DNA of 64,000 nucleotides, from NCBI GenBank assembly GCA_039583615.1, contig JAVKSQ010000008.1:2766-66765 (forward strand), given 5' to 3'. This stretch comes from Acidimicrobiales bacterium (GTDB lineage: Bacteria; Actinomycetota; Acidimicrobiia; Acidimicrobiales; QHCF01). The position numbers and the translations under genes are program-made. The notes below the pieces were generated by a model, which was given only the letters and a program-made list of their open reading frames with translations, searched no databases and was not told the origin of the DNA. Shown here piece by piece: positions 10,003-19,625 of this stretch (positions are counted from its first letter, which is position 1; each line of letters opens with the position of its first letter).

Positions 10003-11081
10003 GGCCGCGGGCCGCCGGCGTAGATGGTGCCGTCGGGGGACTCGACCACCGCGATCGGGGTGAGGCCGACCGTCGCCGGCCCAGCCAGCAACGCCCCGGT
10101 GCGACCGTCGAAGCGGGAGCCGTGGCAGGGGCACACGAACTCGGAGGCACCCGGGACGTAGCCCACCCGGCAGCGAGCGTGCGGGCAGATGGCGTCGAAG
10201 GCGACCAGCCGGCCGGCGCTCGGCTGGACGACGTAGGCAGGGTCGCCGGTGGCCGGGTCGGTGAAGCCCAGGGCCTGCCCGGGCGGCACCGCCCCGACGC
10301 GCCCGATGGGCCGGCCGGCGCCCGGAGCCGTCGCCTGGCCTCCCGGTCCAGTCGTCGCCGGCCCTCCGGCCCCGGCCATGGGGGGGCCGGTGGAGCTGCT
10401 CGGGGCCCGGGTCCTCGCCCCCGGTGGCCGGCCGGACCTGCCGGCGATCCACTCTGCCAGCCCGCCGGCCAGCAGCGCCACTGCCCCGATCAAGGCGATG
10501 GGCCGGGCCCGCTGGAGGACCTCCCGCCTCCCGATCAGGGCGGGGTCGCGGCCATGGTCGGCATGGCGACCATGGCCGGGCCGGGCGAGGCGTCGCCATG
10601 GCACGTCGAGCGACCAGGCACCGCCGGTGCCAACCAGGGCAAGGGGTGTCCAGGCGAACAGGAACACGATGTCCGATCCCAGGTAGTAGGGGCTGTCGCG
10701 GAAGCTGACGGTGAGGAACAGGGCGGCGGAGATGGCCATTCCCCCGACGGCGGCCAACCGGGGTGCCAGCCCGAGAAGGGTGGCGGCGCCCACCGCCAGC
10801 TGCCCCAGGGCCAGCACCACGCCGATCAGCACCGGGAAGTGGGCGACCACGTCCAGCAGCGGTCGGATGGGGCTGCCGGCGGCGGCGGCGTGCAGCTGGG
10901 CCTGGATCGAGCCTGGGTAGGAGGGCCTGAAGAACCGGGGATCGGCCAGCTTCTGCCCGCCGGCGAAGGCGAAGGTGACGCCCAGGAACAGCCGGAGGGG
11001 CACCAGCCCCCAGCCCGTCGTGCTGGCGGGCGACGGGCCCGGCGGGGGCGCCGGCTCCCTGGGGGCCCGGCGGTCGCTCAA
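9999..11081 (-). CDS. DoxX/DoxD-like membrane domain fused to a C-terminal Rieske [2Fe-2S] domain
   Basis: The N-terminal half has about 4 TM helices (LRLFLGVTFAFAGGQKL...). It is followed by GRREVLQRARPIALIGAVALLAGG, a Pro/Gly linker, and the Rieske ligands CPHARC...CPCHGS. TTG 11081 overlaps the upstream stop (TTGA); ORF 9999..11234 allows earlier starts. Confidence 0.75.
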   Translation of the reverse strand: MSDRRAPREPAPPPGPSPASTTGWGLVPLRLFLGVTFAFAGGQKLADPRFFRPSYPGSIQAQLHAAAAGSPIRPLLDVVAHFPVLIGVVLALGQLAVGAATLLGLAPRLAAVGGMAISAALFLTVSFRDSPYYLGSDIVFLFAWTPLALVGTGGAWSLDVPWRRLARPGHGRHADHGRDPALIGRREVLQRARPIALIGAVALLAGGLAEWIAGRSGRPPGARTRAPSSSTGPPMAGAGGPATTGPGGQATAPGAGRPIGRVGAVPPGQALGFTDPATGDPAYVVQPSAGRLVAFDAICPHARCRVGYVPGASEFVCPCHGSRFDGRTGALLAGPATVGLTPIAVVESPDGTIYAGGPRP

Positions 11082-12340
11082 CGAAGTATGCCGGTGTGGC
11101 CCAGGGAGTAGCGGCCCGGCTGGGGCCAGACGCACAGCCCGTGCGGGCCGTCGCCTACCGGGATGCGGGCCAGCAGCTTCCCGGTCGTGGTGGCGATGGC
11201 GTAGACCTCGGAGTTGTAGCGGCCCGACAGCCACAGCACCTTGCCGTCGACCGAGATGTTGCCCATGTCCGGGCTCCCGCCGCCCGGCAGACGCCAGGTG
11301 GCCGTCACCTGCCGGCTGGCCAGGTCGACCACCGAGACCGCCCCCTCGTCGCGGTCCGAGACGTACAGCTGCTTGGAGTCACGGCTCACGTACAGGCCGT
11401 GGGCGCCCTTGCCGGTGTGGATGAAACCGACCACCTTCATGGTGGCGCCGTCCACCTCCCACACGCCGTTCTTGCGCATGTCGGCCACGTAGAAGATCTT
11501 CCCGCCAGGCGACAGCTTCACGTCCTGAGGCATGGACGGGCCGGACAGGGAGAGAGCTCCCACCACCGACTGGTTGGCCACGTCCACCTTGACCAGGGTG
11601 GAATCGAACTCGCAGCTGGCCAGGAGGTACCTGCCGTGGGCGGAGAAGTCCATGTGGTCCACTCCCGAGCACGGGACCGGCAGCGAGTGAACCAGGGCCA
11701 TGGTGTGAGGGTCGCGGAAGTCCAGCCGCTTGCGCTCCTCGGCCACCACTATGGCGTAGCGGCCGTCGGGCGTGAAGTACATGTTGTAGGGATCGTCGAC
11801 CGCCACCGGCTGGCCCGGAGACCCGGTCCGGGGATCGATCGGGGTGAGGCTGTTGCCCTTGTCGTTGGTCACCCAGAGGGTCTTGAGGTCCCACGACGGC
11901 ACCACGTGCTGGGGGAGCGCCCCCACCGGGAAGCGCCGGACCACCCGGTAGGTGGCGGGGTCTATCTCGTCGACCGTGTTGCTCAGGCCATTGGGCACGT
12001 AGACGAGCGGCCGGTCGCCCCTGACCGCCGGGCTCAGGTCGCCCGGCCCGTCGGCCGAGTAGATGTTGGCGGGATCGAGCACCGGCGGCATCCCCGGCAG
12101 GCCAGCGGCGGTGTCGCCCAGTGGGGCCGTGGTGGCCGGTCGACCAGCCGGCCTGGCGGTGTTGGCGGGGGAGGTCGCTGCCGGGCTGGAGCCTCGATTG
12201 GTCACCAGGAGCAACGCCACCAGCAGGGCTGGCACCGAGAGCACCATGGCCCATCGCCGCACCAGGGCGTCGGGGGGTGGCCGGCGAGAGTGGCGGTGGG
12301 CGGAGGCGAGGCGGCTCATGTCCAGACGTCCACGGCTCAT
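11078..12340 (-). CDS. Membrane-anchored YVTN/YncE-type beta-propeller repeat protein
   Basis: TM helix WAMVLSVPALLVALLLV, then repeated blades (LVYVPNGLSNTVDEID, LWVTNDKGNSLTPID, YAIVVAEERKRLDF, FYVADMRKNGVWEVD, LYVSDRDEGAVSVVD, LWLSGRYNSEVYAI). The start is ATG 12340 or ATG 12319; both lie in a 21-bp duplication. Confidence 0.75.
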   Translation of the reverse strand: MSRGRLDMSRLASAHRHSRRPPPDALVRRWAMVLSVPALLVALLLVTNRGSSPAATSPANTARPAGRPATTAPLGDTAAGLPGMPPVLDPANIYSADGPGDLSPAVRGDRPLVYVPNGLSNTVDEIDPATYRVVRRFPVGALPQHVVPSWDLKTLWVTNDKGNSLTPIDPRTGSPGQPVAVDDPYNMYFTPDGRYAIVVAEERKRLDFRDPHTMALVHSLPVPCSGVDHMDFSAHGRYLLASCEFDSTLVKVDVANQSVVGALSLSGPSMPQDVKLSPGGKIFYVADMRKNGVWEVDGATMKVVGFIHTGKGAHGLYVSRDSKQLYVSDRDEGAVSVVDLASRQVTATWRLPGGGSPDMGNISVDGKVLWLSGRYNSEVYAIATTTGKLLARIPVGDGPHGLCVWPQPGRYSLGHTGILR

Positions 12341-12353
12341 GTCCAGACGTCGT
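12312..12353. repeat. 21-bp tandem duplication (2 units), CGGCTCATGTCCAGACGTC core
   Basis: Read directly at 12312-12332 and 12333-12353. On the minus strand it encodes RLDMSRG RLDMSRL, and each unit contributes one candidate ATG. Confidence 0.85.
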
Positions 12354-12596
12354 CTGTTCAAAGACCGAGGTGGAGCCAGCCGTCCGACCGGTCGTGGTCG
12401 GCGCGGCACCGATGGCCCCAGGCGGCGGGGACCTCGCCGGTCTGGGCGTTGACGGCGCGGGGGCACGGGCATTAGAGGGTATCGGCCGACCCGGAGAAGC
12501 GTACCGTTGCGGCCCGGTGGTTCAAAGCGCCCACCAAGGTTGGGGCCCGACCGAGCCGCCCGGCTCACGCCGGCGGGTAAGTACGATCACCAGACG

Positions 12597-12905
12597 ATGT
12601 CGTCAGACGATCGGCCCCGTCCCGGCCGGAGCGGGCGGGCGGAGAGGGTGACCTTTCCCATCCGCCTCTCCCGGCTGGGCCTCGCCTGGGTCATGGTGGG
12701 CATATTCGCGGTCCCTGCCCTCCTGTCGGCCCTGCGGCTGGATCCGGGCCAGGTGGTGGCGGCGGCCATGGTGTGGGTCTTCCTGCCCGCCGCGGTGATG
12801 GTGGTGCGCCATTACCGGGACCGGCGGCCGACCAGGGCGCCGAGGCGCCCCGGTCCGGGCGCCTCGGCCCCGCCCAGACGCCCCCACCTAGACGACCGCG
12901 CCTAG
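12597..12905 (+). CDS. Hypothetical small membrane protein
   Basis: ATG 12597 in ORF 12507..12905 gives two hydrophobic helices (LGLAWVMVGIFAVPALLSAL, AAAMVWVFLPAAVMVV). I recognise no motif. Its 3' end overlaps the ctaF stop by 4 nt (convergent). Confidence 0.35.
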   Translation: MSSDDRPRPGRSGRAERVTFPIRLSRLGLAWVMVGIFAVPALLSALRLDPGQVVAAAMVWVFLPAAVMVVRHYRDRRPTRAPRRPGPGASAPPRRPHLDDRA

Positions 12906-13294
12906 GCGACCCCGCCCCGGCGGCTCTCGACGATGACGCCGACGAAGGCGGTCAGCGCCATGGCCCCGCCCATCACCGCCAACCAGGCTCCGAAGACCCA
13001 GCCCAGTCCCACGCCGGCCAGGCCGATGCCGAGCACGAAGGGCCAGATGCTGGTGTCCGGGAAGGAGCCCACGTTGCCGGCCCCGTCTACCAGCTCGGCG
13101 TCGGGACGGTCCTCGGGCCGGGGGTTCATCCGCCTGGACCACCAGTACAGGTAGCCGCCGATCAGGGACCCGAGGGCGGCGGTGGCCAGCAGCATCAGGC
13201 CGCCGGCGTCCTCGTAGGAGGTGAACCAGTAGAGGGCCAGGACGACGCCGAAGAAGACGGCCACCGCCAGCATCACGTAGCCCTCTATCCTCAT
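12902..13294 (-). CDS. ctaF: Cytochrome c oxidase polypeptide 4 (actinobacterial CtaF)
   Basis: 130 aa with 4 TM helices (MRIEGYVMLAVAVFFGVVLALYWF...), lying immediately downstream of ctaD. This is typical of the actinobacterial aa3 oxidase subunit IV. Confidence 0.8.
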   Translation of the reverse strand: MRIEGYVMLAVAVFFGVVLALYWFTSYEDAGGLMLLATAALGSLIGGYLYWWSRRMNPRPEDRPDAELVDGAGNVGSFPDTSIWPFVLGIGLAGVGLGWVFGAWLAVMGGAMALTAFVGVIVESRRGGVA

Positions 13295-13345
13295 GGCTGA
13301 GCTCCCCGGGAGGTCATAGCCCTGCTGGCCGGTAGCGACGGGATC

Positions 13346-15034
13346 TCATCTGACGGTGACCCCGGTGGGCCCCTCGATGTCCGCCCCCGGCGGGGGCTCG
13401 CCGAAGTTCATGTCCCAGGTCGGCCGCTCCGAGCGTATGGGCGGGATGGAGTGGAAGTTGTGATGGGGGGCGGGCGAGGAGGTGGCCCACTCCAGGGCCT
13501 GGCCGTAGACCCAGGGGTTGTCGCCGGCTGCCACCGGCTTGCGCCAGGAGACCCACAGGTTGACCAGGAAGAACGCGAAGGACAGCCCGATCATGAAGGC
13601 CCCGGCGGTGGAGATCCGGTTGTACAAGGTCCAGCCCAGGTTGGCGGGGTAGGTGGGGACCCGCCGGGGCATGCCCTGCAGGCCCACTATGTACTGGGGG
13701 ATGGTCTGCACCCAGAACCCCCAGAACAACAGCCAGAAGTGCACCCTGCCCAGCTTGTCGCGCAGCATCCGCCCGGTGATCTTGGGGAACCAGTAGTACA
13801 GGCCGCCGAAGCCGGCGAAGATGGCGGTGCCGAAGAGGACCTGGTGGAAGTGGGCCACCACGAAGTAGGTGTCGTGGGTGAAGAAGTCGATGGGCGGCGA
13901 GGCCAGCAGCACCCCGCTCAGACCCCCGGCCAGGAACACCACCAGGAAGCCGACGGCGAACAGCATGGGTGTGGGGAAGGTGAGCTTGCCCCGCCACATG
14001 GTCCCTATCCAGGCGAAGTACTTGATCCCGGTGGGCACCGCGATCAGGAAGGACATGCCGCTGAAGAAGGGCAGCAGGACCACGCCGGTGGTGAACATGT
14101 GATGCGCCCACACCCCCGTCGACAGCCCGGCGATGAGCAGGGTGGCGAAGAACAGGCCCTTGTAGCCGAACACCGGCTTGCGGGAGAAGACAGGCAGGAT
14201 CTCGGTGACGATCCCGAAGTAGGGCAGGGCCAGTATGTAGACCTCCGGATGCCCGAAGAACCAGAAGAGGTGCTGCCACAGCACCGGCACTCCTCCCCCG
14301 GAGACCTCGAAGATGTGGGTGCCGAGGTGGCGGTCGGCGAAGAGCATGATCAGGGCGCTGGTGAGCACCGGGAAGGCGATCAGGATGAGGATGCCGGTGA
14401 CGACCATGTTCCAGGTGAAGATCGGGATGCGGAACATGGTCATGCCCGGGGCGCGCAGGTAGAAGACGGTGGTGATGATGTTGACGCCAGTGAAGATGGC
14501 CGAGAAGCCGGTGAGGACCAGGGCGATGATCCACAGGTCCGCACCTGCCCCCGGAGAGTTGACCGCATTGGACAGCGGTGCGTAGGCCACCCAGCCGAAG
14601 TCCGCCGCTCCCCCGGCGGTGATGAACCCCGAGAGCATGATGAAGCCACCCGCCGCGTAGATCCAGTAGGACAGGGCGTTGAGGCGGGGGAAGGCCATGT
14701 CGGGGGCCCCGACCTGGATGGGCACTATGGCGTTGGCAAAGCCCCCGAAGGCGAAGGGTCCGGCGAAGAGGTACATCATCATGCTGCCGTGCATGGTGAA
14801 CAGCTCGTTGTAGGTCGACTGGCTGAGGAACCCGTTGTCGGGAGAGGTCAGCTGGACCCGGAACAGCAGGGCCATGATCCCGGCCATGAGGAAGAACAGG
14901 ACCGAGGTGATGAGGTAGCTCTTGCCGATCACCTTGTGGTCGGTGCTGGTGAGCCACTTGTAGACGCCCCAGGGCTCCTTGCGCTCCTCGGGAGGATGGT
15001 GGGCGACCGGGGCGCGCTCGTCCAGGATGGTCAT
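13346..15034 (-). CDS. ctaD: Cytochrome c oxidase subunit I
   Basis: Hallmarks [15 protein letters not shown] and VAHFHQVL in a 12-TM protein. ATG 15034 (MTILDERAP...) overlaps the ctaC stop (ATGA). Confidence 0.95.
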   Translation of the reverse strand: MTILDERAPVAHHPPEERKEPWGVYKWLTSTDHKVIGKSYLITSVLFFLMAGIMALLFRVQLTSPDNGFLSQSTYNELFTMHGSMMMYLFAGPFAFGGFANAIVPIQVGAPDMAFPRLNALSYWIYAAGGFIMLSGFITAGGAADFGWVAYAPLSNAVNSPGAGADLWIIALVLTGFSAIFTGVNIITTVFYLRAPGMTMFRIPIFTWNMVVTGILILIAFPVLTSALIMLFADRHLGTHIFEVSGGGVPVLWQHLFWFFGHPEVYILALPYFGIVTEILPVFSRKPVFGYKGLFFATLLIAGLSTGVWAHHMFTTGVVLLPFFSGMSFLIAVPTGIKYFAWIGTMWRGKLTFPTPMLFAVGFLVVFLAGGLSGVLLASPPIDFFTHDTYFVVAHFHQVLFGTAIFAGFGGLYYWFPKITGRMLRDKLGRVHFWLLFWGFWVQTIPQYIVGLQGMPRRVPTYPANLGWTLYNRISTAGAFMIGLSFAFFLVNLWVSWRKPVAAGDNPWVYGQALEWATSSPAPHHNFHSIPPIRSERPTWDMNFGEPPPGADIEGPTGVTVR

Positions 15035-15792
15035 GTTGGCACCTTTGCCTCTTGGCTGGACAGCCAGCTGTGGAAGTTCGAGGAGCTCATGATGCGTACG
15101 GTGAAGAGCATCTCGGAGTGACGCAGGCCACAGTACTGGGCGCACTTGCCGTCGAACACTCCCTCACGGGTGGGAGTGATGTCGAACCGGTTGTGGATGC
15201 CCGGCTGGGCGTACTCGCTGTAGTCGAAGGCCGGGATGTAGAAGCCGTGGACCACGTCGCGCGACACCAGCGTCACCTGGGTCACCTGGTGGTCGGGCAG
15301 CATCATCTGCGGGTAGCCATGGCCCAGGGTGGGAGGCACCACCGAGGCCAGGACCCTGCCTGACGGGTCGGTGTAGTCGAAGCGCCAGCCCCAGCGGAAC
15401 CCGGTCACGGTGACCCGGGTCTGCGGGTTGTGGACCACCTTGGTCACCTGGTTCTCGGCCAGCACGGTGAAGTAGAAGAGCCCGGCCACGATCAGCACCG
15501 GCACGATGGTGTAGACCGCTTCCCAGGGAAGGTTGTACCGGGTCTGCTTGGGCAGCCCCTCGTCGGCCCTCTTCTTCTTGCGGTAGCGCAGGGCCGCCCA
15601 GAAGATCAGGCCCTCCACGAATATCCCGACCAGCAAGGTAGGGATCATGAAGCCCTGCCAGAGGTGGAACGACTTCTGGCCCTGGGTGGTGGGCGCGTTG
15701 AACGAGCCGAAGGTGGGCAGCTGGCAGGCGGCCAGGCCCAGGGCCACCAACGCCAGCACACCGGCCCGGGCCAGGCCCCGCCGGCAGGCCAT
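15031..15792 (-). CDS. ctaC: Cytochrome c oxidase subunit II (CuA; lipoprotein-type signal; no fused cytochrome c domain)
   Basis: Signal/lipobox LVALGLAAC, two TM helices, CuA site DVVHGFYIP...[12 protein letters not shown], and no CxxCH motif. Start at ATG 15792 in ORF 15031..15930. Confidence 0.9.
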   Translation of the reverse strand: MACRRGLARAGVLALVALGLAACQLPTFGSFNAPTTQGQKSFHLWQGFMIPTLLVGIFVEGLIFWAALRYRKKKRADEGLPKQTRYNLPWEAVYTIVPVLIVAGLFYFTVLAENQVTKVVHNPQTRVTVTGFRWGWRFDYTDPSGRVLASVVPPTLGHGYPQMMLPDHQVTQVTLVSRDVVHGFYIPAFDYSEYAQPGIHNRFDITPTREGVFDGKCAQYCGLRHSEMLFTVRIMSSSNFHSWLSSQEAKVPT

Positions 15793-15928
15793 CAGCTGGC
15801 GGGCAGGACTCCTGCTCCGGGGCGGCGGGCTCACGGCGCCGAATGTAGCGGGTCGGGCCCGCACAGTAGAAGTCGGCCGGTCGGCGGCCGTGACGCCCTC
15901 GCTCGGGCGGTCGGTCGGCGGGCCTAGC

Positions 15929-16399
15929 ATGGCGCCCGTCGCCGCCGTCGAAGGGAGAGCTGCCGTGGCCGAGGGTGACCCTCAGCTCAGCCGGGCTCGG
16001 CTGGAGGACATCGTCGAGGGCCACTCCGACGCCGAGGTCAACCAGCTGCTGGCCGACATCGGGACCGGAAAGGTGCTGGACCAGGTGTTCGAGGCCATGA
16101 GCGCCTCGCTGCCAGCCGACCGGGCAGGCGGGGAGCCCGCCGTGGTCCAGTGGGACATCAGCGCCCCCGATGCCATCCACACCTACCAGCTGAAGGTGGG
16201 CCAGGAGACGGCCTCGGCCAGCCGGGGGACGCCCGATCAGCCGCGGGTGACCATTGCCCTGGCGCTGGCCGACCTCCTGCGCCTGGCGGCCGGCAAGCTC
16301 GACGGGATGCAGGCCTTCATGGCCGGCAAGCTCAAGCTGTCGGGGGACATGATGTTCGCCCAGTCCCTCCAGGGCTGGTTCCCACCGCAGATCCCCTAG
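15929..16399 (+). CDS. SCP2 (sterol carrier protein 2-like) domain protein
   Basis: The C-terminal ...LLRLAAGKLDGMQAFMAGKLKLSGDMMFAQSL... is the classic SCP2 signature. Start at ATG 15929 in ORF 15647..16399. Confidence 0.75.
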   Translation: MAPVAAVEGRAAVAEGDPQLSRARLEDIVEGHSDAEVNQLLADIGTGKVLDQVFEAMSASLPADRAGGEPAVVQWDISAPDAIHTYQLKVGQETASASRGTPDQPRVTIALALADLLRLAAGKLDGMQAFMAGKLKLSGDMMFAQSLQGWFPPQIP

Positions 16400-16956
16400 C
16401 CACCGCCGCCGGCGCCCCCGCCCCCTGAGCGCAGCCCGCGCTTGGCGAGGTAGGTGCCCAGGCGACGTGCGCCAGCGGCCACTGCCCGCTCGGCCCGGGG
16501 TGCCTGGCGCAGCCCTTCCCGCCGGGCCCGACCGGCCAGGAAGCCGAGGGTCTGGGCAAGGGGGGACCCGGTGGCCGTCTGGGCGCCGGCGGGAGGCCGA
16601 TGCCGGGCTGGGTACCGGGTGAGGGTGGCCATGCGCAGGTACAGCCCGGCGACCGCCTCGGCCGTGACGATGGCCAACGGGTCGAGGTGGCCGGGGACGG
16701 CCAGGGGCGAGGCCGCCAGCCCCACGGCCAGGCCCACGTCGGCGACCTGGTGAGCCCGGGGGCCGAGCAGGCGAAGGGCCCCGATCGGGCCGTCAGTGAG
16801 AAGCCCGACGGCGACCATGGCGCCGGCGCCGGCCAGCAGAGCTGTCTCCATCTGGCCCCTCACGTGCAGCGCCATCTCGGCCAGCGCCAGCCCGACGACG
16901 TACTCGGCGACCTGGTGGAGCCAGAGCGGCACCACCCGACGATGGGCCGATCTCAC
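16396..16956 (-). CDS. Hypothetical polytopic membrane protein, translationally coupled to sdhB
   Basis: GTG 16956 overlaps the sdhB stop (GTGA). It has hydrophobic helices (YVVGLALAEMAL, LLAGAGAMVAVGLL, VADVGLAVGLAASPLAV) and a Gly-rich tail. No recognised motif. Confidence 0.5.
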   Translation of the reverse strand: MRSAHRRVVPLWLHQVAEYVVGLALAEMALHVRGQMETALLAGAGAMVAVGLLTDGPIGALRLLGPRAHQVADVGLAVGLAASPLAVPGHLDPLAIVTAEAVAGLYLRMATLTRYPARHRPPAGAQTATGSPLAQTLGFLAGRARREGLRQAPRAERAVAAGARRLGTYLAKRGLRSGGGGAGGGG

Positions 16957-17819
16957 GGGGCAGGCCCCGGTCCACCGACCGGCGGCCGCCCGCCGGGGCC
17001 CGCATCCTCCCGGGAGGGGGCACGGGGGCCGCGCCGGCGGAGGACCTTTCGTCCCAGCCAGGCGACCGGGTCGAAGTAGGCGTCCACCACCCGCTCCTTC
17101 AGGGGGATGATGGCGTTGTCGGTGATCCTGATGCCCTCCGGGCACACCTCGGTGCAGCACTTGGTGATGTTGCACAGTGACAGGCCCATCTGCTCCGCCA
17201 GCAGCGGGCGGCGGTCTGCGGCGTCGAGCGGGTGCATCTCCAGGTCGGCATAGCGGATGAACAGCCGGGGGCCGGCGAAGTCTGCCTTGTGGTCCTGATG
17301 GTCCCGCAGCACGTGGCACACATCCTGGCAGAGGAAGCACTCGATGCACCGGTGGAACTCCTGGCCCCGCACGATGTCGGCCTGGTACATCCGGTAGGTC
17401 CCGTCCGCCTCCCTCGGCCTGGGGGCCAGCGGCGGCACCCGCCGCGCCATCTCGAAGTTGAACGAGACGTCGGTCACCAGGTCCTTGATGATCGGGAAGG
17501 TCCGCAGGGGAGTGACGGTGATGGCCGAGCCAGGGGGGAACAGGCTCATCCTGGTCATGCACAGCAGGCGTGGCCTACCGTTCACCTCGGCGCTGCACGA
17601 TCCGCACTTGCCGGCCTTGCAGTTCCACCGCACGGCCAGGTCGGGGGCCAGGTCGGCCTGGACACGGTGGATGACGTCGAGGACCACCTCCCCCTCCCCG
17701 GTGGAGACCCGGTAGTCGAGGAGCCGCCCACCGCCGGGATCACCCCGCCACAAGCGCATGGTGACGCACTGCTCCGCAGGGGCAATGGTGCCCGGCGCGC
17801 CCTGCTCGTCGTGGGTCAC
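16953..17819 (-). CDS. sdhB: Succinate dehydrogenase / fumarate reductase iron-sulfur subunit
   Basis: [2Fe-2S] CKAGKCGSCSAEVNG...C, plus 4Fe/3Fe clusters CIECFLCQDVC and CNITKCCTEVCP. GTG 17819 overlaps the sdhA stop (GTGA); an alternative start is ATG 17759. Confidence 0.9.
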   Translation of the reverse strand: MTHDEQGAPGTIAPAEQCVTMRLWRGDPGGGRLLDYRVSTGEGEVVLDVIHRVQADLAPDLAVRWNCKAGKCGSCSAEVNGRPRLLCMTRMSLFPPGSAITVTPLRTFPIIKDLVTDVSFNFEMARRVPPLAPRPREADGTYRMYQADIVRGQEFHRCIECFLCQDVCHVLRDHQDHKADFAGPRLFIRYADLEMHPLDAADRRPLLAEQMGLSLCNITKCCTEVCPEGIRITDNAIIPLKERVVDAYFDPVAWLGRKVLRRRGPRAPSREDAGPGGRPPVGGPGPAP

Positions 17820-19615
17820 CGGCTCTCCTCCAGCAGCTGTCTCAGCTCGGAGGGGACCTCGGGCAACGGCTCCGAGCGGAGCCACAGACCTCCCTCGTGG
17901 CGTCGGACCACCAGATTGACCCTCCCCCAGTCGGGATCGGCCAGCGGGTAGTCGTCTCGGGTATGGCCGCCCCGGCTCTCCCGCCGCTCCAGGGCGGCGG
18001 TGGCCACACATTGCGACACGACAAGGAGCGGGCCCAGGTCCAGGGCCAGGTGCCAACCCGGGTTGTACCGGCGGTTGCCGGCCACTGCCACCTTGGCAGC
18101 TCGCTGGCTCAGGGCGGCGATCTCCTCCAGGGCCCGGCAGAGCTCCTCCCGGGTACGAACGATCCCTACCAGGGCCTGCATGGTCTCCTGGAGGTGGCGA
18201 TGGATGCCGTAGGGCGTCTCCCCCCCTGCTCGCTCGAACGGGGCCAGGGCGGCGCCAGTGGCGGCGCCCACCTGAGCCTGGTCCAGGGCCGGCAGCGTGG
18301 CCAGGCCCGCAGCGTGGGCGGCGGCGGCCAGTCCGGCCCGGCGCCCGAACACCAACAGGTCGCCCAGGGAGTTGCCGCCCAGGCGGTTGGCCCCGTGCAT
18401 CCCGCCGGCGACCTCGCCCGCGGCGTACAGGCCCGGCACGGTCGTGGCTGCCGTGTCGGGGTCCACCCGGACCCCACCCATGACGTAATGGCAGGTGGGG
18501 CCCACCTCCATGGGCCCGGCGGTGATGTCGACGTCGGCCAGCTCCTTGAACTGCTGGTACATGGAGGGCAGGCGGCGACGGATGTAGGCAGCGTCGTGGC
18601 GGGAGGCGATGTCGAGGAAGACCCCGCCGTGAGGGCTGCCCCGGCCCGCCTTGATCTCGCTGTTGATGGCCCGGGCCACCTCGTCGCGGGGCAGCAGGTC
18701 GGGGGTCCGCCGGGCGCCGGCCCGGTCGAGGTACCACCGATCGGCCTCCTCCTCGGTATCGGCGGTCTCGGCGGCCAGGGCCGGGGGGATGTAGTCGAAC
18801 ATGAACCGGCGCCCCTCCCGGTTGAGCAGGACCCCTCCGTCTCCCCGCACCCCCTCGGTCACCAGGATCCCCCGGACCGAGGGCGGCCAGACCATGGCCG
18901 TCGGGTGGAACTGGACGAACTCCATGTCGATCAGCTCGGCCCCCGCCCACAGGGCCAGGGCGTGGCCGTCCCCCGAGTACTCCCAGGAGTTGGAGGTGAC
19001 CCGGTAGGCCCGGCCGATGCCCCCGGTGGCCAGGACCACTGCCTTGGCCCGGAAGGTCACGAACCGGCCGGAGTCCCGCCAGTAGCCCACCGCCCCGGCG
19101 ACGTGGCCGCCGTCGAGCAGCAGGGCCAGGACGGTGCACTCCATGAACACCTCGATGTCAAGGGCGACGGCCCGGTGCTGGAGGGTCCGGATCATCTCCA
19201 GGCCGGTGCGGTCCCCGACGTGGGCCAGGCGGGCGTAGCGGTGCCCGCCGAAGTCGCGCTGGAGGATCCGTCCGTCCGCCGTGCGGTCGAAGAGGGCGCC
19301 CCACTCCTCCAGCTCCTGGACCCGGGCGGGGGCCTCCTGGGCGTGGATCTGGGCCATGCGCCAGTGGTTCACCAGCTTGCCCCCCCGCATGGTGTCCCGG
19401 AAGTGCACCTGCCAGCTGTCCTGCGGGTACACGTTGCCCATGGAGGCGGCGATCCCCCCCTCCGCCATCACCGTGTGGGCCTTGCCCAGCAGGGACTTGC
19501 AGACGATCCCGGTCCGGGCCCCCTCGGTGCGAGCCTCGATGGCGGCCCTCAGGCCAGCTCCGCCAGCCCCCACCACCAGCACGTCCAGGCAGTGGGTCTC
19601 CTGCTCCGGCATCAA
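17816..19615 (-). CDS. sdhA: Succinate dehydrogenase / fumarate reductase flavoprotein subunit
   Basis: 599 aa with FAD fold DVLVVGAGGAGLRAAIE, covalent-FAD His context KSLLGKAHTVMAEGG, FVQFHPT and RESRGGHTRDDYP. Confidence 0.95.
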   Translation of the reverse strand: MMPEQETHCLDVLVVGAGGAGLRAAIEARTEGARTGIVCKSLLGKAHTVMAEGGIAASMGNVYPQDSWQVHFRDTMRGGKLVNHWRMAQIHAQEAPARVQELEEWGALFDRTADGRILQRDFGGHRYARLAHVGDRTGLEMIRTLQHRAVALDIEVFMECTVLALLLDGGHVAGAVGYWRDSGRFVTFRAKAVVLATGGIGRAYRVTSNSWEYSGDGHALALWAGAELIDMEFVQFHPTAMVWPPSVRGILVTEGVRGDGGVLLNREGRRFMFDYIPPALAAETADTEEEADRWYLDRAGARRTPDLLPRDEVARAINSEIKAGRGSPHGGVFLDIASRHDAAYIRRRLPSMYQQFKELADVDITAGPMEVGPTCHYVMGGVRVDPDTAATTVPGLYAAGEVAGGMHGANRLGGNSLGDLLVFGRRAGLAAAAHAAGLATLPALDQAQVGAATGAALAPFERAGGETPYGIHRHLQETMQALVGIVRTREELCRALEEIAALSQRAAKVAVAGNRRYNPGWHLALDLGPLLVVSQCVATAALERRESRGGHTRDDYPLADPDWGRVNLVVRRHEGGLWLRSEPLPEVPSELRQLLEESR

Positions 19616-19625
19616 GATGGGGGCA

